From Nemertoderma westbladi (taxonomy: Eukaryota > Animalia > Xenacoelomorpha): DNA of 61,903 nucleotides. Both the position numbers and the translations under genes were made by a program. This document shows positions 14,101-26,908 of this stretch, piece by piece (position 1 is the stretch's first letter; the number at the start of each line of letters is the position of its first letter). The notes beneath the pieces were generated by a model. It saw only the letters and a list, made by a program, of their open reading frames with translations. It was not told where the DNA came from and did not search any database. The stretch spans positions 1-61,903 of the forward strand of contig JAUCBJ010000014.1 in assembly GCA_032718475.1 (NCBI GenBank), read 5' to 3'.

Positions 14101-17100
14101 CCTTCTTACAGTTAAAATAGTTCACATCTTCTCTTATTCGTATAGGTTCAACGGTTCCTTTGACTATCTCTCCCTTATTACAATTACAATAGTTCACATC
14201 TTCTCTTATTCCTATAGGTACAATGGTTCCTTTGACTATCTCTCCCTTCTTACAATTATAATAGTTCACATCTTCTCTTATTCCTATAGGTACAATGGTT
14301 GGTTCCTTTGACTATCTCTCCCTTCTTACAATTACAATAGTTCACATCTTCTCTTATTCCTATAGGTGCAACGGTTCCTTTGACTATCTCTCCCTTCTTA
14401 CAATTATAATAGTTCACATCTTCTCTTATTCCTATAGGTACAATGGTTGGTTCCTTTGACTATCTCTCCCTTCTTAACATTACAATAGTTCACATCTTCT
14501 CTTATTCCTATAGGTGCAACGGTTCCTTTGACTATCTCTCCCTTCTTACAATTACAATAGTTCACATCTTCTCTTATTCCTATAGGTGCAACGGTTCCTT
14601 TGACTATCTCTCCCTTCTTACAGTTACAATAGTTCACATCTTCTCTTCTTCCTATAGGTACAACGGTTCCTTTGACTATCTCTCCCTTCTTACAGTTACA
14701 ATAGTTCACCTCTTCCCTTCTTCCTATAGGTACAATGGTTCCTTTGACTATCTCTCCCTTCTTACAATTACAATAGTTCACATCTTCCCTTCTTCCTATA
14801 GGTACAACGGTTCCTTTGACTATCTCTCCCTTCTTACAGTTACAATAGTTCACATCTTCTCTTATTCCTATAGGTACAATGGTTGGTTCCTTTGACTATC
14901 TCTCCCTTCTTACAGTTACAATAGTTCACATCTTCTCTTATTCCTATAGGTACAATGGTTCCTTTGACTATCTCTCCCTTCTTACATTAAATAGTTCACA
15001 TCTTCTCTTATTCCTATAGGTACAATGGTTCCTTTGACTATCTCTCCCTTCTTACAATTACAATAGTTCACATCTTCTCTTATTCCTATAGGTACAATGG
15101 TTGGTTCCTTTGACTATCTCTTCCTTCTTACAATTACAATAGTTCAATCTTCTCTTATTCCTATTGGTACAACGGTTCCTTTGACTATCCGTCCCTTCTT
15201 ACAGTTACAATAGTTCACATCTTCTCTTATTCCTATAGGTACAATGGTTCCTTTGACTATCTCTCCCTTCTTACAATTACAATAGTTCACATCTTCTCTT
15301 CTTCCTATAGGTACAACGGTTCCTTTGACTATCTCTCCCTTCTTACAATTACAATAGTTCACATCTTCTCTTCTTCCTATAGGTACAATGGTTCCTTTGA
15401 CTATCTCTCCCTTCTTACAGTTAAAATAGTTCACCTCTTCCCTTCTTCCTATAGGTACAATGGTTCCTTTGACTATCGCTCCCTTCTTACAGTTACAATA
15501 GTTCACATCTTCCCTTCTTCCTATAGGTACAACGGTTCCTTTGACTATCTCTCCCTTCTTACAATTACAATAGTTCACATCTTCTTTTATTCCTATAGGT
15601 ACAATGGTTGGTTCCTTTGACTATCTCTCCCTTCTTACAGTTACAATAGTTCACATCTTCCCTTCTTCGTATAGGTACAACGGTTCCTTTGACTATCTCT
15701 CCCTTCTTACAGTTACAATAGTTCACATCTTCTCTTATTCCTATAGGTACAACGGTTACAATAGTTAACATCTTCCCTTCTTCCTATAGGCACAATGGTT
15801 CCTTTGACTATCTCTCCCTTCTTACAGTTACAATAGTTCACATATTCTATTATTCCTATAGGTACAATGGTTGGTTCCTTTGACTATCTCTTCCTTCTTA
15901 CAATTACAATAGTTCACATCTTCTCTTCTTCCTATAGGTACAATGGTTGGTTCCTTTGACTATCTCTTCCTTCTTACAATTACAATAGTTCACATCTTAT
16001 CTTCTTCCTATAGGTACAATGGTTCCTTTGACTATCTCTCCCTTCTTACAATTACAATAGTTCACATCTTCTCTTATTCCTATAGGTACAACGGTTCCTT
16101 TGACTATCTCTCCCTTCTAACAATTACAATAGTTCACATCTTCTCTTCTTCCTATAGGTACAACGGTTCCTTTGACTATCTCTCCCTTCTTACAGTTACA
16201 ATAGTTCACCTCTTCCCTTCTTCCTATAGGTACAATGGTTCCTTTGACTATCTCTCCCTTCTTACAATTACAATAGTTCACATCTTCTCTTATTCCTATA
16301 GGTACAATGGTTCCTTTGACTATCTCTCCCTTCTTACAATTACAATAGTTCACATCTTCTCTTATTCCTATAGGTACAACGGTTCCTTTGACTATCTCTC
16401 CCTTCTAACAATTACAATAGTTCACATCTTCTCTTCTTCCTATAGGTACAACGGTTCCTTTGACTATCTCTCCCTTCTTACAGTTACAATAGTTCACCTC
16501 TTCCCTTCTTCCTATAGGTACAATGGTTCCTTTGACTATCTCTCCCTTCTTACAATTACAATAGTTCACATCTTCTCTTATTCCTATAGGTACAACGGTT
16601 CCTTTGACTATCTCTCCCTTCTTACAGTTAAAATAGTTCACATCTTCTCTTATTCGTATAGGTTCAACGGTTCCTTTGACTATCTCTCCCTTATTACAAT
16701 TACAATAGTTCACATCTTCTCTTATTCCTATAGGTACAATGGTTCCTTTGACTATCTCTCCCTTCTTACAGTTACAATAGTTAACATCTTATCTTCTTCC
16801 TATAGGTACAATGGTTCCTTTGACTATCTCTCCCTTCTTACAGTTACAATAGTTCACATCTTCTCTTCTTCCTATAGGTACAACGGTTCCTTTGACTATA
16901 TCTCCCTTCTTACAGTTACAATAGTTCACATCTTCTCTTATTCGTATAGGTTCAACGGTTCCTTTGACTATCTCTCCCTTCTTACAGTTACAATAGTTCA
17001 CATCTTCTCTTCTTCCTATAGGTACAATGGTACCTTTGACTATCTCTCCCTTCTTACAGTTACAATAGTTCACATCTTCTCTTATTCCTATAGGTACAAT

Positions 17101-20100
17101 GGTTCCTTTGACTATCTCTCCCTTCTTACAGTTACAATAGTTAACATCTTATCTTCTTCCTATAGGTACAATGGTTGGTACCTTTGACTATCTCTCCCTT
17201 CTTACAGTTACAATAGTTCACCTCTTCCCTTCTTCCTATAGGTACAATGGTTCCTTTGACTATCTCTCCCTTCTTACAGTTACAATAGTTCACATCTTCT
17301 CTTATTCCTATAGGTACAATGGTTGGTTCCTTTGACTATCTATCCCTTCTTACAGTTACAATAGTTCACCTCTTCCCTTCTTCCTATAGGTACAATGGTT
17401 CCTTTGACTATCTCTCCCTTCTTACAGTTACAATAGTTCACATCTTCCCTTCTTCCTATAGGTACAATGGTTCCTTTGACTATCTCTCCCTTCTTACAGT
17501 TACAATAATTCACATCTTCTCTTATTCCTATAGGTACAATGGTTGGTTCCTTTGACTATCTCTCCCTTCTTACAGTTACAATAGTTCACCTCTTCCCTTC
17601 TTCCTATAGGTACAATGGTTCCTTTGACTATCTCTCCCTTCTTACAGTTACAATAGTTCACATCTTCTCTTATTCCTATAGGTACAATGGTTGGTTCCTT
17701 TGACTATCTCTCCCTTCTTACAGTTACAATAGTTCACCTCTTCCCTTCTTCCTATAGGTACAATGGTTCCTTTGACTATCTCTCCCTTCTTACAGTTACA
17801 ATAGTTCACATCTTCCCTTCTTCCTATAGGTACAACGGTTCCTTTGACTATCTCTCCCTTCTTACAGTTACAATAGTTCACATCTTCTCTTATTCCTATA
17901 GGTACAATGGTTGGTTCCTTTGACTATCTCTCCCTTCTTACAGTTACAATAGTTCACATCTTATCTTATTCCTATAGGTACAATGGTTCCTTTGACTATC
18001 TCTCCCTTCTTACAGTTACAATAGTTCACATCTTATCTTATTCCTATAGGTACAATGGTTCCTTTGACTATCTCTCCCTTCTTACAGTTACAATAGTTCA
18101 CATCTTCCCTTCTTCCTATAGGTACAACGGTTCCTTTGACTATCTCTCCCTTCTTACAATTACAATAGTTCACATCTTCTCTTATTCCTATAGGTACAAT
18201 GGTTGGTTCCTTTGACTATCTCTCCCTTCTTACAATTACAATAGTTCACATCTTCTCTTATTCCTATAGGTACAATGGTTGGTTCCTTTGACTATCTCTC
18301 CCTTCTTACAATTACAATAGTTCAATCTTCTCTTATTCCTATTGGTACAACGGTTCCTTTGACTATCCGTCCCTTCTTACAGTTACAATAGTTCACATCT
18401 TCTCTTATTCCTATAGGTACAATGGTTCCTTTGACTATCTCTCCCTTCTTACAATTATAATAGTTCACATCTTCTCTTATTCCTATAGGTACAATGGTTG
18501 GTTCCTTTGACTATCTCTCCCTTCTTACAATTACAATAGTTCACATCTTCTCTTATTCCTATAGGTGCAACGGTTCCTTTGACTATCTCTCCCTTCTTAC
18601 AATTATAATAGTTCACATCTTCTCTTATTCCTATAGGTACAATGGTTGGTTCCTTTGACTATCTCTCCCTTCTTAACATTACAATAGTTCACATCTTCTC
18701 TTATTCCTATAGGTGCAACGGTTCCTTTGACTATCTCTCCCTTCTTACAATTACAATAGTTCACATCTTCTCTTATTCCTATAGGTGCAACGGTTCCTTT
18801 GACTATCTCTCCCTTCTTACAGTTACAATAGTTCACATCTTCTCTTCTTCCTATAGGTACAACGGTTCCTTTGACTATCTCTCCCTTCTTACAGTTACAA
18901 TAGTTCACCTCTTCCCTTCTTCCTATAGGTACAATGGTTCCTTTGACTATCTCTCCCTTCTTACAATTACAATAGTTCACATCTTCCCTTCTTCCTATAG
19001 GTACAACGGTTCCTTTGACTATCTCTCCCTTCTTACAGTTACAATAGTTCACATCTTCTCTTATTCCTATAGGTACAATGGTTGGTTCCTTTGACTATCT
19101 CTCCCTTCTTACAGTTACAATAGTTCACATCTTCTCTTATTCCTATAGGTACAATGGTTCCTTTGACTATCTCTCCCTTCTTACATTAAATAGTTCACAT
19201 CTTCTCTTATTCCTATAGGTACAATGGTTCCTTTGACTATCTCTCCCTTCTTACAATTACAATAGTTCACATCTTCTCTTATTCCTATAGGTACAATGGT
19301 TGGTTCCTTTGACTATCTCTTCCTTCTTACAATTACAATAGTTCAATCTTCTCTTATTCCTATTGGTACAACGGTTCCTTTGACTATCCGTCCCTTCTTA
19401 CAGTTACAATAGTTCACATCTTCTCTTATTCCTATAGGTACAATGGTTCCTTTGACTATCTCTCCCTTCTTACAATTACAATAGTTCACATCTTCTCTTC
19501 TTCCTATAGGTACAACGGTTCCTTTGACTATCTCTCCCTTCTTACAATTACAATAGTTCACATCTTCTCTTCTTCCTATAGGTACAATGGTTCCTTTGAC
19601 TATCTCTCCCTTCTTACAGTTAAAATAGTTCACCTCTTCCCTTCTTCCTATAGGTACAATGGTTCCTTTGACTATCGCTCCCTTCTTACAGTTACAATAG
19701 TTCACATCTTCCCTTCTTCCTATAGGTACAACGGTTCCTTTGACTATCTCTCCCTTCTTACAATTACAATAGTTCACATCTTCTTTTATTCCTATAGGTA
19801 CAATGGTTGGTTCCTTTGACTATCTCTCCCTTCTTACAGTTACAATAGTTCACATCTTCCCTTCTTCGTATAGGTACAACGGTTCCTTTGACTATCTCTC
19901 CCTTCTTACAGTTACAATAGTTCACATATTCTCTTATTCCTATAGGTACAACGGTTACAATAGTTAACATCTTCCCTTCTTCCTATAGGCACAATGGTTC
20001 CTTTGACTATCTCTCCCTTCTTACAGTTACAATAGTTCACATATTCTATTATTCCTATAGGTACAATGGTTGGTTCCTTTGACTATCTCTTCCTTCTTAC

Positions 20101-23100
20101 AATTACAATAGTTCACATCTTCTCTTCTTCCTATAGGTACAATGGTTGGTTCCTTTGACTATCTCTTCCTTCTTACAATTACAATAGTTCACATCTTATC
20201 TTCTTCCTATAGGTACAATGGTTCCTTTGACTATCTCTCCCTTCTTACAATTACAATAGTTCACATCTTCTCTTATTCCTATAGGTACAACGGTTCCTTT
20301 GACTATCTCTCCCTTCTAACAATTACAATAGTTCACATCTTCTCTTCTTCCTATAGGTACAACGGTTCCTTTGACTATCTCTCCCTTCTTACAGTTACAA
20401 TAGTTCACCTCTTCCCTTCTTCCTATAGGTACAATGGTTCCTTTGACTATCTCTCCCTTCTTACAATTACAATAGTTCACATCTTCTCTTATTCCTATAG
20501 GTACAATGGTTCCTTTGACTATCTCTCCCTTCTTACAATTACAATAGTTCACATCTTCTCTTATTCCTATAGGTACAACGGTTCCTTTGACTATCTCTCC
20601 CTTCTAACAATTACAATAGTTCACATCTTCTCTTCTTCCTATAGGTACAACGGTTCCTTTGACTATCTCTCCCTTCTTACAGTTACAATAGTTCACCTCT
20701 TCCCTTCTTCCTATAGGTACAATGGTTCCTTTGACTATCTCTCCCTTCTTACAATTACAATAGTTCACATCTTCTCTTATTCCTATAGGTACAACGGTTC
20801 CTTTGACTATCTCTCCCTTCTTACAGTTAAAATAGTTCACATCTTCTCTTATTCGTATAGGTTCAACGGTTCCTTTGACTATCTCTCCCTTATTACAATT
20901 ACAATAGTTCACATCTTCTCTTATTCCTATAGGTACAATGGTTCCTTTGACTATCTCTCCCTTCTTACAGTTACAATAGTTAACATCTTATCTTCTTCCT
21001 ATAGGTACAATGGTTCCTTTGACTATCTCTCCCTTCTTACAGTTACAATAGTTCACATCTTCTCTTCTTCCTATAGGTACAACGGTTCCTTTGACTATAT
21101 CTCCCTTCTTACAGTTACAATAGTTCACATCTTCTCTTATTCGTATAGGTTCAACGGTTCCTTTGACTATCTCTCCCTTCTTACAGTTACAATAGTTCAC
21201 ATCTTCTCTTCTTCCTATAGGTACAATGGTACCTTTGACTATCTCTCCCTTCTTACAGTTACAATAGTTCACATCTTCTCTTATTCCTATAGGTACAATG
21301 GTTCCTTTGACTATCTCTCCCTTCTTACAGTTACAATAGTTAACATCTTATCTTCTTCCTATAGGTACAATGGTTGGTACCTTTGACTATCTCTCCCTTC
21401 TTACAGTTACAATAGTTCACCTCTTCCCTTCTTCCTATAGGTACAATGGTTCCTTTGACTATCTCTCCCTTCTTACAGTTACAATAGTTCACATCTTCTC
21501 TTATTCCTATAGGTACAATGGTTGGTTCCTTTGACTATCTATCCCTTCTTACAGTTACAATAGTTCACCTCTTCCCTTCTTCCTATAGGTACAATGGTTC
21601 CTTTGACTATCTCTCCCTTCTTACAGTTACAATAGTTCACATCTTCCCTTCTTCCTATAGGTACAATGGTTCCTTTGACTATCTCTCCCTTCTTACAGTT
21701 ACAATAATTCACATCTTCTCTTATTCCTATAGGTACAATGGTTGGTTCCTTTGACTATCTCTCCCTTCTTACAGTTACAATAGTTCACCTCTTCCCTTCT
21801 TCCTATAGGTACAATGGTTCCTTTGACTATCTCTCCCTTCTTACAGTTACAATAGTTCACATCTTCTCTTATTCCTATAGGTACAATGGTTGGTTCCTTT
21901 GACTATCTCTCCCTTCTTACAGTTACAATAGTTCACCTCTTCCCTTCTTCCTATAGGTACAATGGTTCCTTTGACTATCTCTCCCTTCTTACAGTTACAA
22001 TAGTTCACATCTTCCCTTCTTCCTATAGGTACAACGGTTCCTTTGACTATCTCTCCCTTCTTACAGTTACAATAGTTCACATCTTCTCTTATTCCTATAG
22101 GTACAATGGTTGGTTCCTTTGACTATCTCTCCCTTCTTACAGTTACAATAGTTCACATCTTATCTTATTCCTATAGGTACAATGGTTCCTTTGACTATCT
22201 CTCCCTTCTTACAGTTACAATAGTTCACATCTTATCTTATTCCTATAGGTACAATGGTTCCTTTGACTATCTCTCCCTTCTTACAGTTACAATAGTTCAC
22301 ATCTTCCCTTCTTCCTATAGGTACAACGGTTCCTTTGACTATCTCTCCATTCTTACAGTTACAATAGTTCACATCTTCTCTTCTTCCTATAGGTACAACG
22401 GTTCCTTTGACTATCTCTCCCTTCTTACAGTTACAATAGTTCACATCTTCTCTTATTCCTATAGGTACAATGGTTCCTTTGACTATCTCTCCCTTCTTAC
22501 AATTACAATAGTTCACATCTTCTCTTATTCCTATAGGTACAACGGTTCCTTTGACTATCTCTCCCTTCTTACAGTTACAATAGTTCACATCTTATCTTAT
22601 TCCTATAGGTACAATGGTTCCTTTGACTATCTCTCCCTTCTTACAGTTACAATAGTTCACATCTTCCCTTCTTCCTATAGGTACAACGGTTCCTTTGACT
22701 ATCTCTCCCTTCTTACAGTTACAATAGTTCACATCTTCTCTTCTTCCTATAGGTACAACGGTTCCTTTGACTATCTCTCCCTTCTTACAGTTACAATAGT
22801 TCACATCTTCTCTTATTCGTATAGGTTCAACGGTTCCTTTGACTATCTCTCCCTTCTTACAATTACAATAGTTCACATCTTCTCTTATTCCTATAGGTAC
22901 AATGGTTGGTTCCTTTGACTATCTCTCCCTTCTTACAGTTACAATAGTTCACATCTTCTCTTATTCCTATAGGTACAATGGTTGGTTCCTTTGACTATCT
23001 CTCCCTTCTTACAGTTACAATAGTTCACATCTTCTCTTATTCCTATAGGTACAATGGTTGGTTCCTTTGACTATCTCTCCCTTCTTACAGTTACAATAGT

Positions 23101-23136
23101 TCACATCTTATCTTCTTCCTATAGGTACAACGGTTC
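2167..23136 (+). repeat. tandem satellite with a 72-bp monomer (76-bp variant with duplicated ggtt; rare 71- and 34-bp variants), about 290 copies
   Basis: Consensus gtacaa(c/t)ggttcctttgactatctctcccttcttaca(g/a)ttacaatagttcacatcttctctt(a/c)ttcctatag repeats without interruption for ~21 kb. The last partial unit is the true intron/exon junction. Confidence 0.99.
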
Positions 23137-23353
23137 TCTTACGACCCCTGGGTTTAACGAGGTAGTTGTTTGGACCGTGTTCGCCCAACCTCGACACATC
23201 AGCAGCAATCAACTAGCCGACTTGAGAGCTCTGACGTCAGGAATCGATCGTCACCCGATTAGTGGAAACATCCGCCCCTTACAGAAACTCCACGGTAGAG
23301 TGGTGGAGAAAAGTTGCGCCGTTGGAAAACAAGATTCAGATGAATTCTTCTAA
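23125..23353 (+). CDS. alpha-carbonic anhydrase, terminal coding exon
   Basis: YNGSLTTPGFNEVVVWTVFAQPRHISSNQLADLRAL...NIRPLQKLHGRVV matches the alpha-CA C-terminal signature GSLTTP-x-E-V-W-VF...IS-QL-FR-L...NxRPxQxLxxRxV. It ends in TAA followed by AT-rich 3' UTR-like sequence. Confidence 0.93.
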
Positions 23354-24154
23354 ACGGGTTTTCTTGACCTTTAAATTGAGTTGTCGACTCAAAAGTAAAT
23401 ATTTTATTCAATGAACTGCTATTAATAACTCTGTCGGTGTTGTAACGGCGTGTTTTAACTAGACTAGACCTATACTGCTATAGTTAATAGCCATTGTTAA
23501 CCGTATTTTATTTAACCCTACTTCGTTTCTGCTGGACTTGTAGCTGTAGCTACTTCATTTTAAACTGCACATGTTTTATCTGCAATTTTTATCTGTATTT
23601 TAATTAAAACTAATTGCAAGATTTAAATAATTATTATTAATTCGACAAAAATTATTTATATTTTGTGAAATTTTCAACTAATAATTCATTTTTATTTTCT
23701 CAAATATTTCTCGAAAATATTTAGCCTAACTAATTTATTTGTCTGCTTTATTGCATTATATATTTTTAATATATAGTATGGCCTATTCTACCTACATTAT
23801 TGTATTTTTTATTGCATAACATTTTATTGTGTATACCTATTTTAAATAACCAAATCTGAGTTGGTAGTGTATAATATGCAATTCTTGGTGAAAATCGAAT
23901 CTTATTATATATAATATATAAAATATTGTAAATAATGAAAAAAATATGACAATTGTATTATTTTCTGAAAGGATTCTTCCACGACGTCAGATTTTCTGTT
24001 ATGTTTATTTGATCGAGATGGCCGTCTCAGCTTAGCTTTACCTAATAAAAAAAGTTCTTTCATTTTGTCCGAGTTCTACATATTTTTTTTTAATTTACAC
24101 GCAGGTGCTCCAGGTATTGGGTTTTATAAATCACCCAGAGTGTGAGCTTTAGTA

Positions 24155-24434
24155 CCCCAGGTCAGGATATTTAATAGATTTAATAAGTGCTTTTAAAGTA
24201 TATATAAAAACTTCCTAACAAGTACTTGGTAAGAACTTGCCAAGATATTCGGACGACTTAGAAGGTGCTTAATAAGTTTGTCATAATTTATGTATTTGCT
24301 TAAAAGTGTGTTTAAAGTTAATTAGGTACTTATTAAGTATGTTTTAAGTTTAAATTTAGCTCAATAAGTACTTAGTAAGTTTACAATACCCCTTAATAAG
24401 TAACTTTTAAGTTTATAATTAATTGGATCTAGGG
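24155..24434. mobile_element. possible short MITE with imperfect TIRs
   Basis: TA|ccccaggtc...gatctaggg|TA termini. The interior is built from degenerate taagtactt/aataagt repeats. Confidence 0.4.
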
Positions 24435-24709
24435 TATATTGCGACAGGGTTAAACCGTGGAATGAAGAATCTCCCACCCCTAAGTGTCCTCGTATATATT
24501 TATCTTCAAAGTACCGCCGGCCTACAGAATAATAGTGTCAATAACAACCCCCCCCCCCCCCCCCTCACCCTCACCCTCATACAGATTAATAGAAATAACC
24601 ACCATTACTACGAATTTTTATTTACAACAACGTTAAAGCAGAACAACTAACAAAAAATATCAACAAACATACTACATTTAAACATCATATTTTTCGATTG
24701 CAACACCGT

Positions 24710-25400
24710 TATCTGGACCCGGAGGTCACTTTAGAAATTTATCAGTAATATCTTGGATATCCACAACGCAAACGGCAATTAAATAGCCAAGTTTGTTTCG
24801 TGCTGTGCTCCCATTCTAACAACCATCCCCAAAATTTTTCATATTTTCAAAAATATTTTGTCCCCTTAAAATAAACAAATTTGCGGTGTATTGGTTTTTT
24901 GGATGCTGATCATGATTATGGAACTCAAATGTAACATACGAGGGAATTTCTGGTAATTTGGTATGCGCCACGAGGCACGGATAAAACAACTAGTGAAAAT
25001 TTGATAATCAAAAATATTCACCAAATCAACCTGATTCTATCATGACCTTATGGGTTTTTCGGGATGCGGAACACAGATGTGACACTGAAAAATATAATTT
25101 CTTATTGATTGTGGTATTTTCAAATATGTACCAAACCAATGTAGCATGAAAAATAGCAAAAAATGATACTAAATTTGATAGTTGCCCGACCATAAAAGTT
25201 CTATCGTGATCAGTGACCTCGAAAACCCGTATTGCTTCAAAATTATCCAACCAAATTGCACCTTTATCAGTTTGAAATTTTGCGTTACTTGTAATTTTCG
25301 TCCCACAAGATTGGCACCGATGGTTGCACTACCATAAATATTTTTAACAAGTTGGGTGTTGATCAGCCTCCTGGAAAACCAATAACATCGAAAATATTTC
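24710..25400. repeat. probable non-autonomous DNA transposon remnant with a dispersed ~24-bp motif in both orientations
   Basis: ggttttttggatgctgatcatg (~24893) and gggtttttcgggatgcggaacac (~25051), plus reverse copies cgtgatcagtgacctcgaaaaccc (~25205) and gttgatcagcctcctggaaaacc (~25358). No termini were identified. Confidence 0.4.
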
Positions 25401-25784
25401 AATTTTCATATAAAAGTATTATACAGAACATTTAAATTGACGAAAACTCTCACACATCCGCTATCTGTTTGGTTTCGCTTCAAGGTTACAAAATTACGAC
25501 TATTAAACTCGCCATATTAAAGAGGCATACATACATTTTCCTATAATTTCATAATTTTTCAGCCAAGATATGAATAAAACTAAAACTGTCTAAAATGAGC
25601 CCCGACATTGGGTGCATTAAGTAGTAAAAATAGGACCTAATAGTGTTAAAGCGAAAAAAATTAATAAACTAATTAATAATCAACCAACTAAGTAAAAAAT
25701 ATCAAACTCAGTCGTGCTCATAGTAGTCTATGCAGGGAATTACAACCATTTTAGGCCTTTGTGACAAACATATAAAATTATTAT

Positions 25785-26908
25785 TGTGACGGGATCCTAA
25801 GATCCCGACCGGGTTAGATTTGTACGCGTCACCGTTCTGCTGGGCAGTTGTACTAAGTCGCTTTGGCCGAAGAGTTTCTGTTTCTCAATATTAATACTCC
25901 GAACGATAATAGCACGTAATCAGTACGTAATGGGTATCACGATAACACAGATATAACAGCAGAAATGCACAGATTAATTGGTGATGTCAGTGGCGGTGAC
26001 GTTCATAAACTATGACCGGTCTGCAACTGTATAACTAATGAATTGACCGGTAAATCAGTAATGCAGAATAATATATGATTGATATACACAGATATTAGAA
26101 TCACCTCTTACTGTACTTGGCCCTCTGTACCCAGTGGATGCTTTCCTATCTCTAATCACGTGCTTCCCTCCCCGCTATTGGCTAATACACTAATTGTCAC
26201 TCCCTGTGAGTGTTTTCCCCCGCTGCTAGCCTCTACTAGCTGTGTTCTCCCTCCGAGGTGGTTTAACCTCTCACCTCTCTCTGTGGCTTTAGGGCTTGTG
26301 TCGCCCCCCCCCAAAGTTGGTTATGAGGCGAGATTAATATTGGTAATCTCGTATCCCCAACTATATTGGAAAAATGCCACTGGTCCCATTTTCGGGTGGT
26401 AATGCAGTGGAATTGAATCCGCTTACACTCCCCCCCATGCTATCTTCCCGGTGAGAAGATAGCATCAACCTTAAGTGCGCTTCAATTCCGCTGGAACCCA
26501 ATCTAATATCGGGTGTGGGGTGGAGTTCTTTTCTCGGGGTCGGCTTTCCTGACCCCCCCCCCCCCCCCCTCCCCGGGTATGTTATTACTACCCCACCTTG
26601 GTGCAATCGCGAGCTATGTTGCACCAAGGTGTCTGGCGTCTCTGTTTGAGACAATTGTGCTTTTTCTTCACAGAATTTTCTAGAACCTCACTCTAATCTT
26701 ATTCTCGGACTTCTCTGTCCCTTACTCTCTCTCTCTCACGGACCTCGTTGTCCCTTACTCTCTCTCTCTCCCATGGATCTTGTTATCCCTTACTCTTTCT
26801 CTTACTGCTCGCTCCCCACACTTGAATTGCACTCCTCTCACTTCTATGCATGTCAACACCTCCTCTCCATACTTCCCCCCGTTCTCCTATATTCAACCCA
26901 CACTTATT
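25785..26908 (-). mobile_element. partial LTR related to the 3' LTR of BEL element 1
   Basis: About 26465-26908 aligns by eye with about 29649-30042 (gtgcgcttcaattccgctggaaccc...gagttcttttctcggggt...acccacacttatt). The left boundary is tgtgac (..CA end on the minus strand). Confidence 0.7.

Larger units (their letters stand above)
290..23124 (+). other. 22,835-bp phase-2 GT-AG intron of the carbonic anhydrase gene, filled by a LINE and a satellite
   Basis: GT at 290 and cttcttcctatAG at 23123-23124. The split codon AG|G gives Arg in YYR-YNGS. Confidence 0.85.

Noticed and set aside
2504-23100. Dozens of repeat ORFs on both strands (up to 750 aa; SYRYNGSFDYLSLL.. and NYCNCKKGEIVKGT..) as a repeat-protein gene
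   Set aside because: They are a by-product of a 72-bp stop-free monomer, broken at random by 76- and 71-bp units. The region is bracketed by a phase-matched donor and acceptor, so it is intronic.
23054-23124. FDYLSLL in the monomer as duplicated CA coding sequence (resembles FDxxxLLP)
   Set aside because: The real equivalent segment (LNNLLKGKDNQYYR) is encoded by the exon at 150-289, so only 12 nt of the monomer are exon-derived.
2167-23136. CRISPR array
   Set aside because: No unique spacers, no cas genes and a eukaryotic context.
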